Program-made: the position numbers and the translations under genes | Origin: Clostridiaceae bacterium | Lineage (GTDB): Bacteria; Bacillota; Clostridia; DUPQ01 | DNA: 64,000 nucleotides | Direction of reading: 5' to 3' | NCBI GenBank assembly: GCA_012838235.1 | Contig: DUPQ01000071.1 | Coordinates: forward strand, 33,653-97,652 | Notes under the pieces: model-generated | Databases searched by the model: none | What the model saw: the letters and a program-made list of their open reading frames with translations, nothing else | What the model was told of the DNA's origin: nothing | Part shown: positions 18,626 through 28,150 of the stretch, piece after piece | Numbering within the stretch: the stretch's first letter is position 1 | How the letters are laid out: each line of letters starts with the position of its first letter

Positions 18626-21600
18626 ATGAAACACATGGCAAGAAGATTTTTTGCACTACTGATGACATTGGTAATGTTACTTACCATGATACCCGCAACG
18701 GTAACTGCTAATCCGGGTGAGCCGGAAGTTTTTGTTGTAGCGGGAAGAATAACCGATAGTGTTACAAAGAAAGGCTTAAGCGGAGCGACGGTAAGATTAT
18801 CAAATGCGGAGAAGGAATATACCGATACTACCGATGCTTTCGGGTATTATCAGATAGATGCCCGTGAAGCGGGAACTTATGAAATATCCGCTTCGCTTAG
18901 AGGCTATACTACGGAAATGAAAAACGATTTTGTGCTGGACGGCACAAAAGACTGGTTTGCCGAACTGATACCTGACGGAAATCCCTGCATAGATATTTAT
19001 GCCAATATCAAGTGCGTATATTCAGGCATAGCCCTGTCCGATGTGACGGTTAAGGCCATACACAGCTCTGAAGGCCCCTTTATCGGACAGACCGATGAGC
19101 ATGGAGCCTTGGTTTTTGAGAACCTACCTGAAGGAACATACACCTTTACGGTAAATGAAACCGGTCAACCGGGATGGGAAAGCTATATATCAGGTGAGTA
19201 TACAGTAATGCAGGACCAGTTGCTAAACTGTTCTTTAAAGCCTAATTACGAAAGCCTGACCGTTAAGACCAACGGTTTTGACGCTTTCTCCGAAACAGCC
19301 AACAGTCCTATCAGGAATGTTACGGTTAGACTTTACGGAGTGGACCCGAAAGATAACGATGTGGTACTGATTAAACTTCCACCGCAGACTACAGGCGAAA
19401 ACGGAACGGTGACATTTGAAAACCTTGTGCCGATAGACTGGAGAATTGAAGCATATTCTCCCGGTTATGACTCCATACCGGATATTTATTCCGATGATAT
19501 TATAGTTAAAGCTACAGAAGACGGCACTCTTGAGTTGGATAGCGTTACTTTGGATATGGTTTTTCATCCTGCAACCTTGATAGCCAATCTCAAATCTGTC
19601 TATGATGACGACGAAATATATACAGGCCTTGAGGTCAATCTTTGCGGTATAAACGGTACCGCAACCGAAGGCTTAACACGCACCGTTATCTTATTCGAGG
19701 GCGAGACGTTTGCGGAATTTACAAATCTTTTGCCGGGGCAGTACGATATTTCCACCTATGGAAGTTCCATGCGTAATATACCCGTATTGGTACAAGGTAG
19801 AAATATTTATGCAGATCCGAGTTTGGATCCTATGCAGGACGGGTATGGTGCGCCTGAAAGAATATTTTCGGTGAATTTCCAAGGGGAAATTCTCGGTTTG
19901 GCAAAACCGGATATGATACTTGAAGTGGATTTAGATTTAGAAATAGAGATGGCAAATTTCTCGGGTTATCTATATAAAACCGATATGGATAACTTCGGAA
20001 CTCTCAAGACGACACCTGCGGGCAATGTAACAATGACGCTTGTTCCGTCCGAATACTATCCTCAGAGTCCCGAATATGGTAAGACTTATACGGTAACCAC
20101 CGATGAGTTCGGTCACTATTCATTCAATGTGCATCCCGGTCTTTACGGCGTGACGGTTAGCGGAATGGATAAATATTGGGGTGCGTATATTGAATATCGC
20201 GATCGCTATACATTAACTCCGCAAATGGCAGATTGTCCAACGAGCGGCTGGCCATATTATCAAATATGGCAAGGCAGCTACGATTCTGCTCTGGCATATA
20301 TGGGTGCGGGCTGGATTTGCATGTTCACCAGAACAGGATATGCCGATCTTGGCGGTATGCCTCTTTCCTCGGGAATTACCGAGGGAGATTTGTTCATGAA
20401 TGAAAAAGTTTGTTCAGTTGAGCTGTCTGTTGACTACCAGGATAAAGATAATCCTTGGAGTCACACTATGACTATTAAAATAGATAATGAAAACAATCCT
20501 CCGGATGCTGAAGCAGTTCGCGATGCAGTATTCAACACGGCCAGCTTCGGGGCAACATATACATGCGGCGAAACCGTCATAAATGGCGATAACGATCCGC
20601 TGCCTCATATATTTGTCCGTTTGGAGCCTGGGACTTATCCTGTCAATATAACTAAGTATAAATCCGGGCCGAAATGTTACTTTGAACGCAACGAATGGAC
20701 TTTTGAAGGAGAAATAATAACTAAAACCTGGCATGGTTCGAATGTCGTGTTCTATGATTTTCCCGCACCGGGGATATTACCGGAGAATTTTCCCGTTGAA
20801 TATATGACCGAGCTCGATAAAGTCTGGCCTACGGGTAATGACAGAATAGGTCTCGGCCTTATAGGAAATGAAGCGACACCTTATGAGGCAGACTTAAATC
20901 GATATTTTTACTATTGGGTAGAGGGAAATCCGGAAGAGGGTATTCCGGGTGAGTATGAAAGCTTGGAGCAAATTCATTCCGGTGATCTTACATATACTAT
21001 ACGTGATTGGGGGTTTAGAATATACGGATGGAGTTCCGATATAATCCCTAATAAAATGTTTAACTTCTACAATGGTTTTACTCAGGAACGTTATGTCCAG
21101 ATGCTTTTGCCGGATGTGCCCGTTACATTATATATTACCAGGGATCCTTATGAAACGGGCGAAGGCTATGAGCCCAGAGCATGGTTTGAGATGAATTATA
21201 ACCCCTCTACAGGAGTGGCAAGCCCTGCTCTCTATATAGATGGGCCTACTCCGAATCTGCGCAAGGGAGCCGATGCATATCCGGCTATATTGAGTCCCTA
21301 TACATTTATATTAAAAGCCAAGCATGTATATACAGGAAAGGAAATAGACGGTATCTCTATCTTGGACGAAAACACAGGAAACACTTATGTGTCGGGACAA
21401 ACTTATAACAATGTAATAAAATTGCCGACTTACAGAAATATTGATTTTGGAGGCAGAAATCTGCGCTTCGACTACATTACTTTTATACGAGATCCCGGTA
21501 GCAGAACCGAAACATATATACTTAATGTGATTCCGAATACTGCATTGGATTTGACGGTTAGGGATGAAAGCGGTGTTGCGATTCCGAATGCCACGGTCGT

Positions 21601-24600
21601 TTTGAGGAGTCCCAACAACTTCAATGAAAATCTGAAAACAGAGGCGAATGGCACTTTGGATATAGGATATCTGAAAGATGAAAACTATACTTTGGTTATA
21701 GATGCTCCCGGCTATTGCACATACACTCATGAGTTAAAGGCCGAAACGTTGGTAAAAGTCGGAAAATGGAATACCTTCATACACGAAGCGATCTTAGTTC
21801 CTTTGGAGCGACCTGAAATCAGCGACGAAAGCTTTGATCGTTTCGGAGGCTTCCTGCCCCATGCAGGCCGTGTAACAAGCGGTGATAATTATGAACTGGT
21901 GTGCATATTAAGTCGTGAAGAAAATGCCGCAAAGGATGCTCTGACACTGACAGTCGAGGCGGCGTTGAAACAGCAGAAATATGATGAGGTTGCAGACAAA
22001 GTCATCGGCATGTATATAATTGATGGCAAGAAGTTTGAAGTAGATGACAAGTCCAGAGAGGGTGACTATACAGAAATAGATGCTGCAACACTTCCCGATC
22101 CTACATCTCCGAAAGCGGTAAAAGAATGGCTGGACAAGCTTAGAAATCGCTCCGCAGGGCTGGAAAATGTATTTTTCAGGTATTTCGATGCTGAGTGCAT
22201 AACCCAAAGAGACGACAACTCAGACATGGCAGACTTCTCGGGCGAGATAATGATATATGACCTGCCCGCAGGTCCGTTTAAACCGATATTTATAGCGGTA
22301 ACCGAAAAAGGCGCCTACAATATTTATACACCTATCATTGCTGAAGATAAGCAGCTTGTAGGTCTGAAAAAAGACGGTTTCCTTACTTTCTTCCATAATG
22401 TTACAGAGATGTATCTGGAAAAAAGACCGTTTGTACTTCCGGTATTTATAGTTCCGTTCTTTGAGTTCTGTCCTGCACTTGACGAAGCGACCAATTTACC
22501 GGAATTTACCGCCGAGATAAGCGAGGATGAAGACAACCCCGGCTATCTTGTATATGAATACAGTCTGGCTGTAACCGCGGATGCAGGAATGGCAAATCCG
22601 GGCGGTTCGGCGGGTTCTCCCACATCCTATCTGCCCGACCAATTGGGTATAGAATTCGGCGGCACATTCAGTGCGAGCGTATCGGGTAAGGATAAAAGTA
22701 TAAATAATTCGGTAGCACTCTCCGTGGGTGCGGAATTTGAAACAGAGAAATATCTTCCTGCGGCAATAAGCGATGTTGCCACCATGGAGGGAACTGCAAC
22801 GGGAACGGCTTCCGTTGAATCCGGAATCGAGTACGAAAGTGATGCCAAACCGAGTGCTACTTCATCGAATATCGGGCTTACCGGCGAATTAGCGACCACT
22901 ACGAATATTAGCGGGGTGGGTGTTGCAGGTAAATTGTTCGGTGGAGGTGCTTTGGGTACCGTGTTCAGAACACTTAAAAAGTGGGGAATTGATTTAGGTG
23001 TCACCATAGATGCAAATGTAGGTCTGAACGTTGGTGTCGGAATGACGGATAACCTTAAAACCCCAACAGCTCCGGATAAATTAGATTTAGATGTAGGTTT
23101 AGGTCTCGGTGCCAAGGCCGGGCTTTACGGCAGTGCTTTCAACGGAAGTGCCGGTGCCAGAGGAACCATAGGTTTCGGCGGTGAACACGAGAAATTTGAA
23201 AGCTCCATGATGACCTTTGATGTAAAGTTTGTCTATGATGTTGAAAAGGGAGAATTCCGGGCCGACCCGGCAACGCTGAAAGGCGTATGTGAAGCCGAAT
23301 TCGAAGCATTTATTGATACAGCCTTTTTTGCCGCAAGAAAAAGCTGGAATTTCGAGGCGTTTTCAGTAGATATGCAGTTCGGAACGGAAACAAAGTTTAC
23401 GCTTACCCCTGTAGGCGTGAAGAACCACGAGATAAATCGTGATACCTTCGGAACGTCCGAATTCTTGGCAGATGAAACTTCCGGCATAATGGTAAAGGAT
23501 TATCTGGCCCTTGCAACTTATGCCACAGACGAAAACAGCGGTAACATCCTCTATACCGACCTTGTAAGCCAAGGCGGAGATATGAGGTTACAGCTCAGTA
23601 AATTTAACGGCACCACATGGCAACAGCCCGTAACGGTAATTTCAACCGACGGTGCAATAGGCAGTTGCGATTTAATAACTCTGTCCGATAACAGAATATT
23701 GATAACATATAGTTTAATTGCAAAAGAAGATAAGTATAGTTTGTTCCCCAACTCGGAAATTCGCTATACAGTCGGAACTGTAGGAGCAAACGGTTGGGAA
23801 GAGTCAGCTTCCGGCAGTGTAGCACAATTGTCCAAATCTTATGCTTTTAAATCTTACCTGACAGGAAGCACAAATCCTCGCTTGGTATGTGCTCTTACAG
23901 GAGGAACGGGAGCGACAGGCTTTGATATTGCAGGGTACAAATGGAACGGCTCAGGTTTTGATTCTGCAGTGATGCTAAAGAAAAATGTTAAAGCTTTCGG
24001 TATAAATGTTGCAGGCAATGACAACGAAGCCGTAGTTGCTTATGTTGAAGCAACCGGTAAACTGCTCGCTCTTAGCTGGTCAGGTGTAAATACGGTAAAC
24101 GATAATGTCGTTGCTGCCGAAACAGGTTCAACATCGGCTGTTGCAGTTGATGCAAACGGTTTTTACATAGGCTGTACATCAAAGGGCAGCATTGACTTCT
24201 ACACAAGAGGTATTAGTCCCGGCTCTGCATGGACAAAGAAAGGTACCCCCGTTTCCAATGTAAGTGCAATTGAAATGGACCTTGCGGTTAACGGTGACAA
24301 ACTTGTTTTAAGTTTCATAAAGCCTTCCGAAGCATACTTTGATGCCGATAACAAACTGGTAGTAGGAAACGAAGGTATTGCAAGTGTTACACTCGCTAAG
24401 GATGGGACTCTGTATGATGAACAGAGGACATATTTGGAAAACAGTCAGTTCTATAGAAATCTGAGTATAGTATGTGTCAACGGATTGGCTTATGCATTTG
24501 CCGAAGATTTGTATGAAGATACGGCGGACTTGGTATTTGTTAAGATTTACGATGCCGATGCACCCGTAAACTTCTTCGGTACAGTTACCATAACGGGAAA

Positions 24601-26308
24601 CGAAAGATTTAATGAGCAGCTTACGGCAACTGTTAGTGAAGATAACAGTGTTAGCAAGAACTTCACTTACACATGGAAACGTGGCGGAGCAGAAATTGCG
24701 ACAGGAGCCACATATACAACGGTAGCTGCCGACATAGGGAAGACACTTGTCTGCGAAGTTAAAACGGATGACCATCAGGGTGTGATAAGAAAGGCAACAG
24801 GTGTAATAGCCAAAGCGGCAGGACCTGCGGCACCCGCAGGACTTGCAGGCGTAGCACCTACCGTTGCCGGAGGTAATGACGGAAAGATTACCGGTACAGA
24901 CAGAACAATGGAGTTTTCTCAGACTGCAGCCGGAGTATATACCGCTTGTAGAGGAGTTGAGATAACGGGACTTACTGCGGGAACATACTATGTAAGAATT
25001 GCAGGAAACAATACCACAGAAGCGGGAGCATATCGTGCTGTTACGGTAGGAGCCGGAGCACAGCAACCGGATGATCCTCCGATTCCCGATGACCCGGTCA
25101 TTCCTGACGACCCTGTCATTCCGGATGCCGGAACGGGACAGGATACATCGAAAACCATTCCCACAACCGACGGTAAAGCTCAAGTGGATTATGCTCAGAG
25201 TGAAGAGGTTGTATCACTGGATATATCAACTGACAAGGCTGAAGAGATTATCAACAAGAGTAAAGACGGAGATGTAGGATTTGATCTTTCCGGTGTTAAA
25301 GATGCCAAGTCTGCTGAGTTGTCTAAAGAGGCATTGGAAACATTCGGCAAAGCCGATGTATCGGTAACTGTTAAGTTGCCGGAAGGTTCGGTAACTATGG
25401 ACAAAGAAGCCGTAGATTCCATTGCGGAGCAGGCAGGAGGAGATACGGTAAGTGTCGAGTTAGCTCTGGTTAAACCTGAAGAACTTAACTATCTGCAGGA
25501 ACAGTCGGTAGGAGCGGATGATCTGATTATCGATGCCAATATCACCGGCGGAGACGGTAAGAAGATAAGTACCTTCAACGGGGAACTGATAATGCGTATA
25601 CCTTACAACGGTCCTCTGCCTGTAGCGGTTTGGTACTTAAATGATGCGGGAGAGCTGGAAAAGATAGATTGTGATTACGAAAACGGTATAGTTACATTCC
25701 GTCTCAACCACCTTTCGGTATACATTTTAGGACAGGATGTAAGCAGAGAAAGAGACTGGACCAATCCGTTTACCGATGTTAACAAAAATGCCTGGTACTA
25801 CAGTGCAATAGAGTACATAAACAAGAACAAACTGATGTACGGTGTAGGTGATAATCAATTTGATCCTCACGGACATATGGTAAGAGCAATGATAGTAACG
25901 GTATTACATCGCTTGGAGAAGATGCCCGAACCGAAAGCATACAACACATTCGGTGATGTTGCGGCAAACAGATACTACAGCAAAGCTGTCAACTGGGCAG
26001 CGGAGAACGGTATAGTAAGCGGTTACGGTGACGGAAACTTCGGTCCCAACGATCCCGTTACAAGAGAGCAGCTGGCGGTAATCTTTATGAACTATGCCAA
26101 GTACAAAGGCTATGACACATCCAAGAGAGCCGCACTGGAAACATTTGCGGATGCAAAGAGTATATCCGGCTGGGCAACGGATGCCATGGCATGGGCCAAT
26201 GCTGAAGCTCTTATCTTGGGTGACGGCACAGGCTTGAATCCTTCAGGAAAAGGAGAGCGCTGTCATGCAGCGGCAATATTCCAGAGGTTTATTGCCAACA
26301 TAAAGTAA
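18626..26308 (+). CDS. Giant (2560-aa) secreted cell-surface protein with three C-terminal SLH domains (paralog B of 10736-18421)
   Basis: Start is ATG 18626 (GGAGGAAG RBS; MKHMARRFFALLMTLVMLLTMIPATVTANPGEPEV). Same domain order as paralog A. The first ~130 aa and the last ~700 aa are almost identical to A. The central ~1700 aa are only ~55-60% identical. Confidence 0.9.
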   Translation: MKHMARRFFALLMTLVMLLTMIPATVTANPGEPEVFVVAGRITDSVTKKGLSGATVRLSNAEKEYTDTTDAFGYYQIDAREAGTYEISASLRGYTTEMKNDFVLDGTKDWFAELIPDGNPCIDIYANIKCVYSGIALSDVTVKAIHSSEGPFIGQTDEHGALVFENLPEGTYTFTVNETGQPGWESYISGEYTVMQDQLLNCSLKPNYESLTVKTNGFDAFSETANSPIRNVTVRLYGVDPKDNDVVLIKLPPQTTGENGTVTFENLVPIDWRIEAYSPGYDSIPDIYSDDIIVKATEDGTLELDSVTLDMVFHPATLIANLKSVYDDDEIYTGLEVNLCGINGTATEGLTRTVILFEGETFAEFTNLLPGQYDISTYGSSMRNIPVLVQGRNIYADPSLDPMQDGYGAPERIFSVNFQGEILGLAKPDMILEVDLDLEIEMANFSGYLYKTDMDNFGTLKTTPAGNVTMTLVPSEYYPQSPEYGKTYTVTTDEFGHYSFNVHPGLYGVTVSGMDKYWGAYIEYRDRYTLTPQMADCPTSGWPYYQIWQGSYDSALAYMGAGWICMFTRTGYADLGGMPLSSGITEGDLFMNEKVCSVELSVDYQDKDNPWSHTMTIKIDNENNPPDAEAVRDAVFNTASFGATYTCGETVINGDNDPLPHIFVRLEPGTYPVNITKYKSGPKCYFERNEWTFEGEIITKTWHGSNVVFYDFPAPGILPENFPVEYMTELDKVWPTGNDRIGLGLIGNEATPYEADLNRYFYYWVEGNPEEGIPGEYESLEQIHSGDLTYTIRDWGFRIYGWSSDIIPNKMFNFYNGFTQERYVQMLLPDVPVTLYITRDPYETGEGYEPRAWFEMNYNPSTGVASPALYIDGPTPNLRKGADAYPAILSPYTFILKAKHVYTGKEIDGISILDENTGNTYVSGQTYNNVIKLPTYRNIDFGGRNLRFDYITFIRDPGSRTETYILNVIPNTALDLTVRDESGVAIPNATVVLRSPNNFNENLKTEANGTLDIGYLKDENYTLVIDAPGYCTYTHELKAETLVKVGKWNTFIHEAILVPLERPEISDESFDRFGGFLPHAGRVTSGDNYELVCILSREENAAKDALTLTVEAALKQQKYDEVADKVIGMYIIDGKKFEVDDKSREGDYTEIDAATLPDPTSPKAVKEWLDKLRNRSAGLENVFFRYFDAECITQRDDNSDMADFSGEIMIYDLPAGPFKPIFIAVTEKGAYNIYTPIIAEDKQLVGLKKDGFLTFFHNVTEMYLEKRPFVLPVFIVPFFEFCPALDEATNLPEFTAEISEDEDNPGYLVYEYSLAVTADAGMANPGGSAGSPTSYLPDQLGIEFGGTFSASVSGKDKSINNSVALSVGAEFETEKYLPAAISDVATMEGTATGTASVESGIEYESDAKPSATSSNIGLTGELATTTNISGVGVAGKLFGGGALGTVFRTLKKWGIDLGVTIDANVGLNVGVGMTDNLKTPTAPDKLDLDVGLGLGAKAGLYGSAFNGSAGARGTIGFGGEHEKFESSMMTFDVKFVYDVEKGEFRADPATLKGVCEAEFEAFIDTAFFAARKSWNFEAFSVDMQFGTETKFTLTPVGVKNHEINRDTFGTSEFLADETSGIMVKDYLALATYATDENSGNILYTDLVSQGGDMRLQLSKFNGTTWQQPVTVISTDGAIGSCDLITLSDNRILITYSLIAKEDKYSLFPNSEIRYTVGTVGANGWEESASGSVAQLSKSYAFKSYLTGSTNPRLVCALTGGTGATGFDIAGYKWNGSGFDSAVMLKKNVKAFGINVAGNDNEAVVAYVEATGKLLALSWSGVNTVNDNVVAAETGSTSAVAVDANGFYIGCTSKGSIDFYTRGISPGSAWTKKGTPVSNVSAIEMDLAVNGDKLVLSFIKPSEAYFDADNKLVVGNEGIASVTLAKDGTLYDEQRTYLENSQFYRNLSIVCVNGLAYAFAEDLYEDTADLVFVKIYDADAPVNFFGTVTITGNERFNEQLTATVSEDNSVSKNFTYTWKRGGAEIATGATYTTVAADIGKTLVCEVKTDDHQGVIRKATGVIAKAAGPAAPAGLAGVAPTVAGGNDGKITGTDRTMEFSQTAAGVYTACRGVEITGLTAGTYYVRIAGNNTTEAGAYRAVTVGAGAQQPDDPPIPDDPVIPDDPVIPDAGTGQDTSKTIPTTDGKAQVDYAQSEEVVSLDISTDKAEEIINKSKDGDVGFDLSGVKDAKSAELSKEALETFGKADVSVTVKLPEGSVTMDKEAVDSIAEQAGGDTVSVELALVKPEELNYLQEQSVGADDLIIDANITGGDGKKISTFNGELIMRIPYNGPLPVAVWYLNDAGELEKIDCDYENGIVTFRLNHLSVYILGQDVSRERDWTNPFTDVNKNAWYYSAIEYINKNKLMYGVGDNQFDPHGHMVRAMIVTVLHRLEKMPEPKAYNTFGDVAANRYYSKAVNWAAENGIVSGYGDGNFGPNDPVTREQLAVIFMNYAKYKGYDTSKRAALETFADAKSISGWATDAMAWANAEALILGDGTGLNPSGKGERCHAAAIFQRFIANIK

Positions 26309-26341
26309 GAGGTAATATTCTAAATAATCTTCCTCAACAAC

Positions 26342-26378
26342 AAGGGTACCATGCCGCCGCCAAAGGTGTGGTACCTTT
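26342..26378 (+). terminator. Terminator-like hairpin downstream of giant gene B (copy of 18455-18491)
   Basis: AAGGGTACCA...TGGTACCTTT. The single A-to-G change in the left arm still allows a G-U pair, so the structure is conserved. Confidence 0.45.
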
Positions 26379-26431
26379 GCTTTGTGTGGTATAAAACATG
26401 TTTTGGGAGTACAATATAGAAAAGGAAAACA

Positions 26432-26602
26432 ATGCTTATGAAAAAGGTAGAGTTGAAGCAGGATTTTAGTAAAATGTCAAAAGAAGAAATCGATAACCTG
26501 TTAAATGAAGGATTCCTTGAATATCAAAGAGGCGAGACGGTTCCCGTACAATATGCTTTTGAAGAGATACGCAAAAAGTACGGTATTGAAAGGGATAAAT
26601 AA
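26432..26602 (+). CDS. Small (56-aa) hypothetical protein, antitoxin-like
   Basis: ORF MLMKKVELKQDFSKMSKEEIDNLLNEGFLEYQRGETVPVQYAFEEIRKKYGIERDK with GGAAAACAATG RBS-like context. Falls below the 60-aa track cutoff. The antitoxin C-terminus resemblance is weak. Confidence 0.3.
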   Translation: MLMKKVELKQDFSKMSKEEIDNLLNEGFLEYQRGETVPVQYAFEEIRKKYGIERDK

Positions 26603-26621
26603 TATTCCGCTAAGCACACGG

Positions 26622-27338
26622 TCATTTAAATTTCTGCTTTTTCAGAAGAATCATACATACTATAACCGCAATACAAAAAACAATTATCAGATACCACAGG
26701 TTTTTGATATGAAAGCCGTTATCCAACATCAGTCGGTATCCCCATGTGGCGGGAAAAATACGCCCTAATATTTTCAGTGATTCGGGCAATATTTCAATAG
26801 GAAGCATAATTCCCGAAAGCATAATGGAAGGCAAAAACAGCAGTTGTGCAATCATGGTTACCTTTGCCTGACTCTTGACAACCAGTCCCAATATGCTTCC
26901 TATGCTAAGAGAAACAATAGCATATATTGCAAGTGCAAGAAGAAACAGAGGAATGTTTTTCGGTGATGCCGCATCAAACAGTACCGGGGCAAGCAGTAGT
27001 ATTATCACGCAGGAAATCATCAGATGAAAGAATGTGGATAAAAACATGGTTATAAGGCCGACATGCAGAGGGATTCCGTTTGCTTTATACACTTTTTTAA
27101 CATCGGTTCCGTAAGTTTCAATCAAGGAAGGCGGCAATCCTATAAATGCTCCCATTGACACACTCATCACAATCATTGACGGAATGAGTGTTTCTTTCAT
27201 TTCCGGCATAACCGAACCGAAAATACTGCCCATTAAAAGGAAGAAAAGAAGAGGGACAATATAGCAGGTTACCAATATTGTTTTACTCCGTAAATCCAAT
27301 TTGCATTGTAATGTAAGACCGTATAAAAAACCCTTCAT
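26622..27338 (-). CDS. ABC-2 type transporter permease
   Basis: 238 aa with six predicted TM helices. Overlaps the upstream ATPase gene by 4 nt. Confidence 0.75.
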   Translation of the reverse strand: MKGFLYGLTLQCKLDLRSKTILVTCYIVPLLFFLLMGSIFGSVMPEMKETLIPSMIVMSVSMGAFIGLPPSLIETYGTDVKKVYKANGIPLHVGLITMFLSTFFHLMISCVIILLLAPVLFDAASPKNIPLFLLALAIYAIVSLSIGSILGLVVKSQAKVTMIAQLLFLPSIMLSGIMLPIEILPESLKILGRIFPATWGYRLMLDNGFHIKNLWYLIIVFCIAVIVCMILLKKQKFK

Positions 27339-28150
27339 TCTTCTTCACCTCTTGTCATTTCAATAAAATGTTGTTCCAGTGTCCCTCTGTCCACTTTTAT
27401 GTCCGATAAATATAATCCTTTTTGTTTCAGTTCACCGAGTAGGGACAATAATGTATCTTCTATGTTGTCCGTAGCAAAAGTCTGATCCCCTTGTTGCGTC
27501 TTTATATGTACCAGATATTTTCTTCCCAGTTTTTCGGTCAGTTCCGCAGCGGTGCCGCAAAAAACAATATTACCGTTATGCAGAATGGCTATGCGATCAC
27601 ACAACGCCTCCACTTCCGCCATATCATGGCTTGCAAGAACAATGGTTTTTCCGTGTGATTTAAGTTTTCGTACCTGTTCATGCAGTGACAGTCTTCCTTC
27701 AACATCCAGTCCCGCAGTGGGCTCGTCTAAGAATATGATGTCGGGATTGCCTATAAGTGCAAGAGCAAGATGCAGCCGCCTTTTTTGTCCGGTCGATAAC
27801 TCTATATACTTCTTTTTCTTAATCTCTTCTATGCCTAAGGCGGTAAGCATTTCATGGTCTATATTTGCTTTCTTCCATTTGGAAAACAGTTTGACTGCTT
27901 CCATGGATTTTATCTGTGCAGGCAAAGAGGAGGATTGTAACTGAATACCCATTTCTCCGTTTACGGAAATTTCACCGCTTTCATACTTTTTCAATCCTTC
28001 TATACATTCAAGAGCTGTGGTCTTTCCCGCGCCGTTCACTCCTAAAAGAGCAAAAATCTCTCCCTCTTTTATATGCAGATTGATACCTTTGAGAACGGTA
28101 TTGCTGCCGTAGCTTTTTCTTAAATTACTTACCTGTATTGCACAGTTCAT
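27335..28150 (-). CDS. ABC transporter ATP-binding protein
   Basis: Walker A GVNGAGKTT, signature LSTGQKRRL, Walker B IIFLDEPTAGLD, H-loop. Confidence 0.9.
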   Translation of the reverse strand: MNCAIQVSNLRKSYGSNTVLKGINLHIKEGEIFALLGVNGAGKTTALECIEGLKKYESGEISVNGEMGIQLQSSSLPAQIKSMEAVKLFSKWKKANIDHEMLTALGIEEIKKKKYIELSTGQKRRLHLALALIGNPDIIFLDEPTAGLDVEGRLSLHEQVRKLKSHGKTIVLASHDMAEVEALCDRIAILHNGNIVFCGTAAELTEKLGRKYLVHIKTQQGDQTFATDNIEDTLLSLLGELKQKGLYLSDIKVDRGTLEQHFIEMTRGEEE

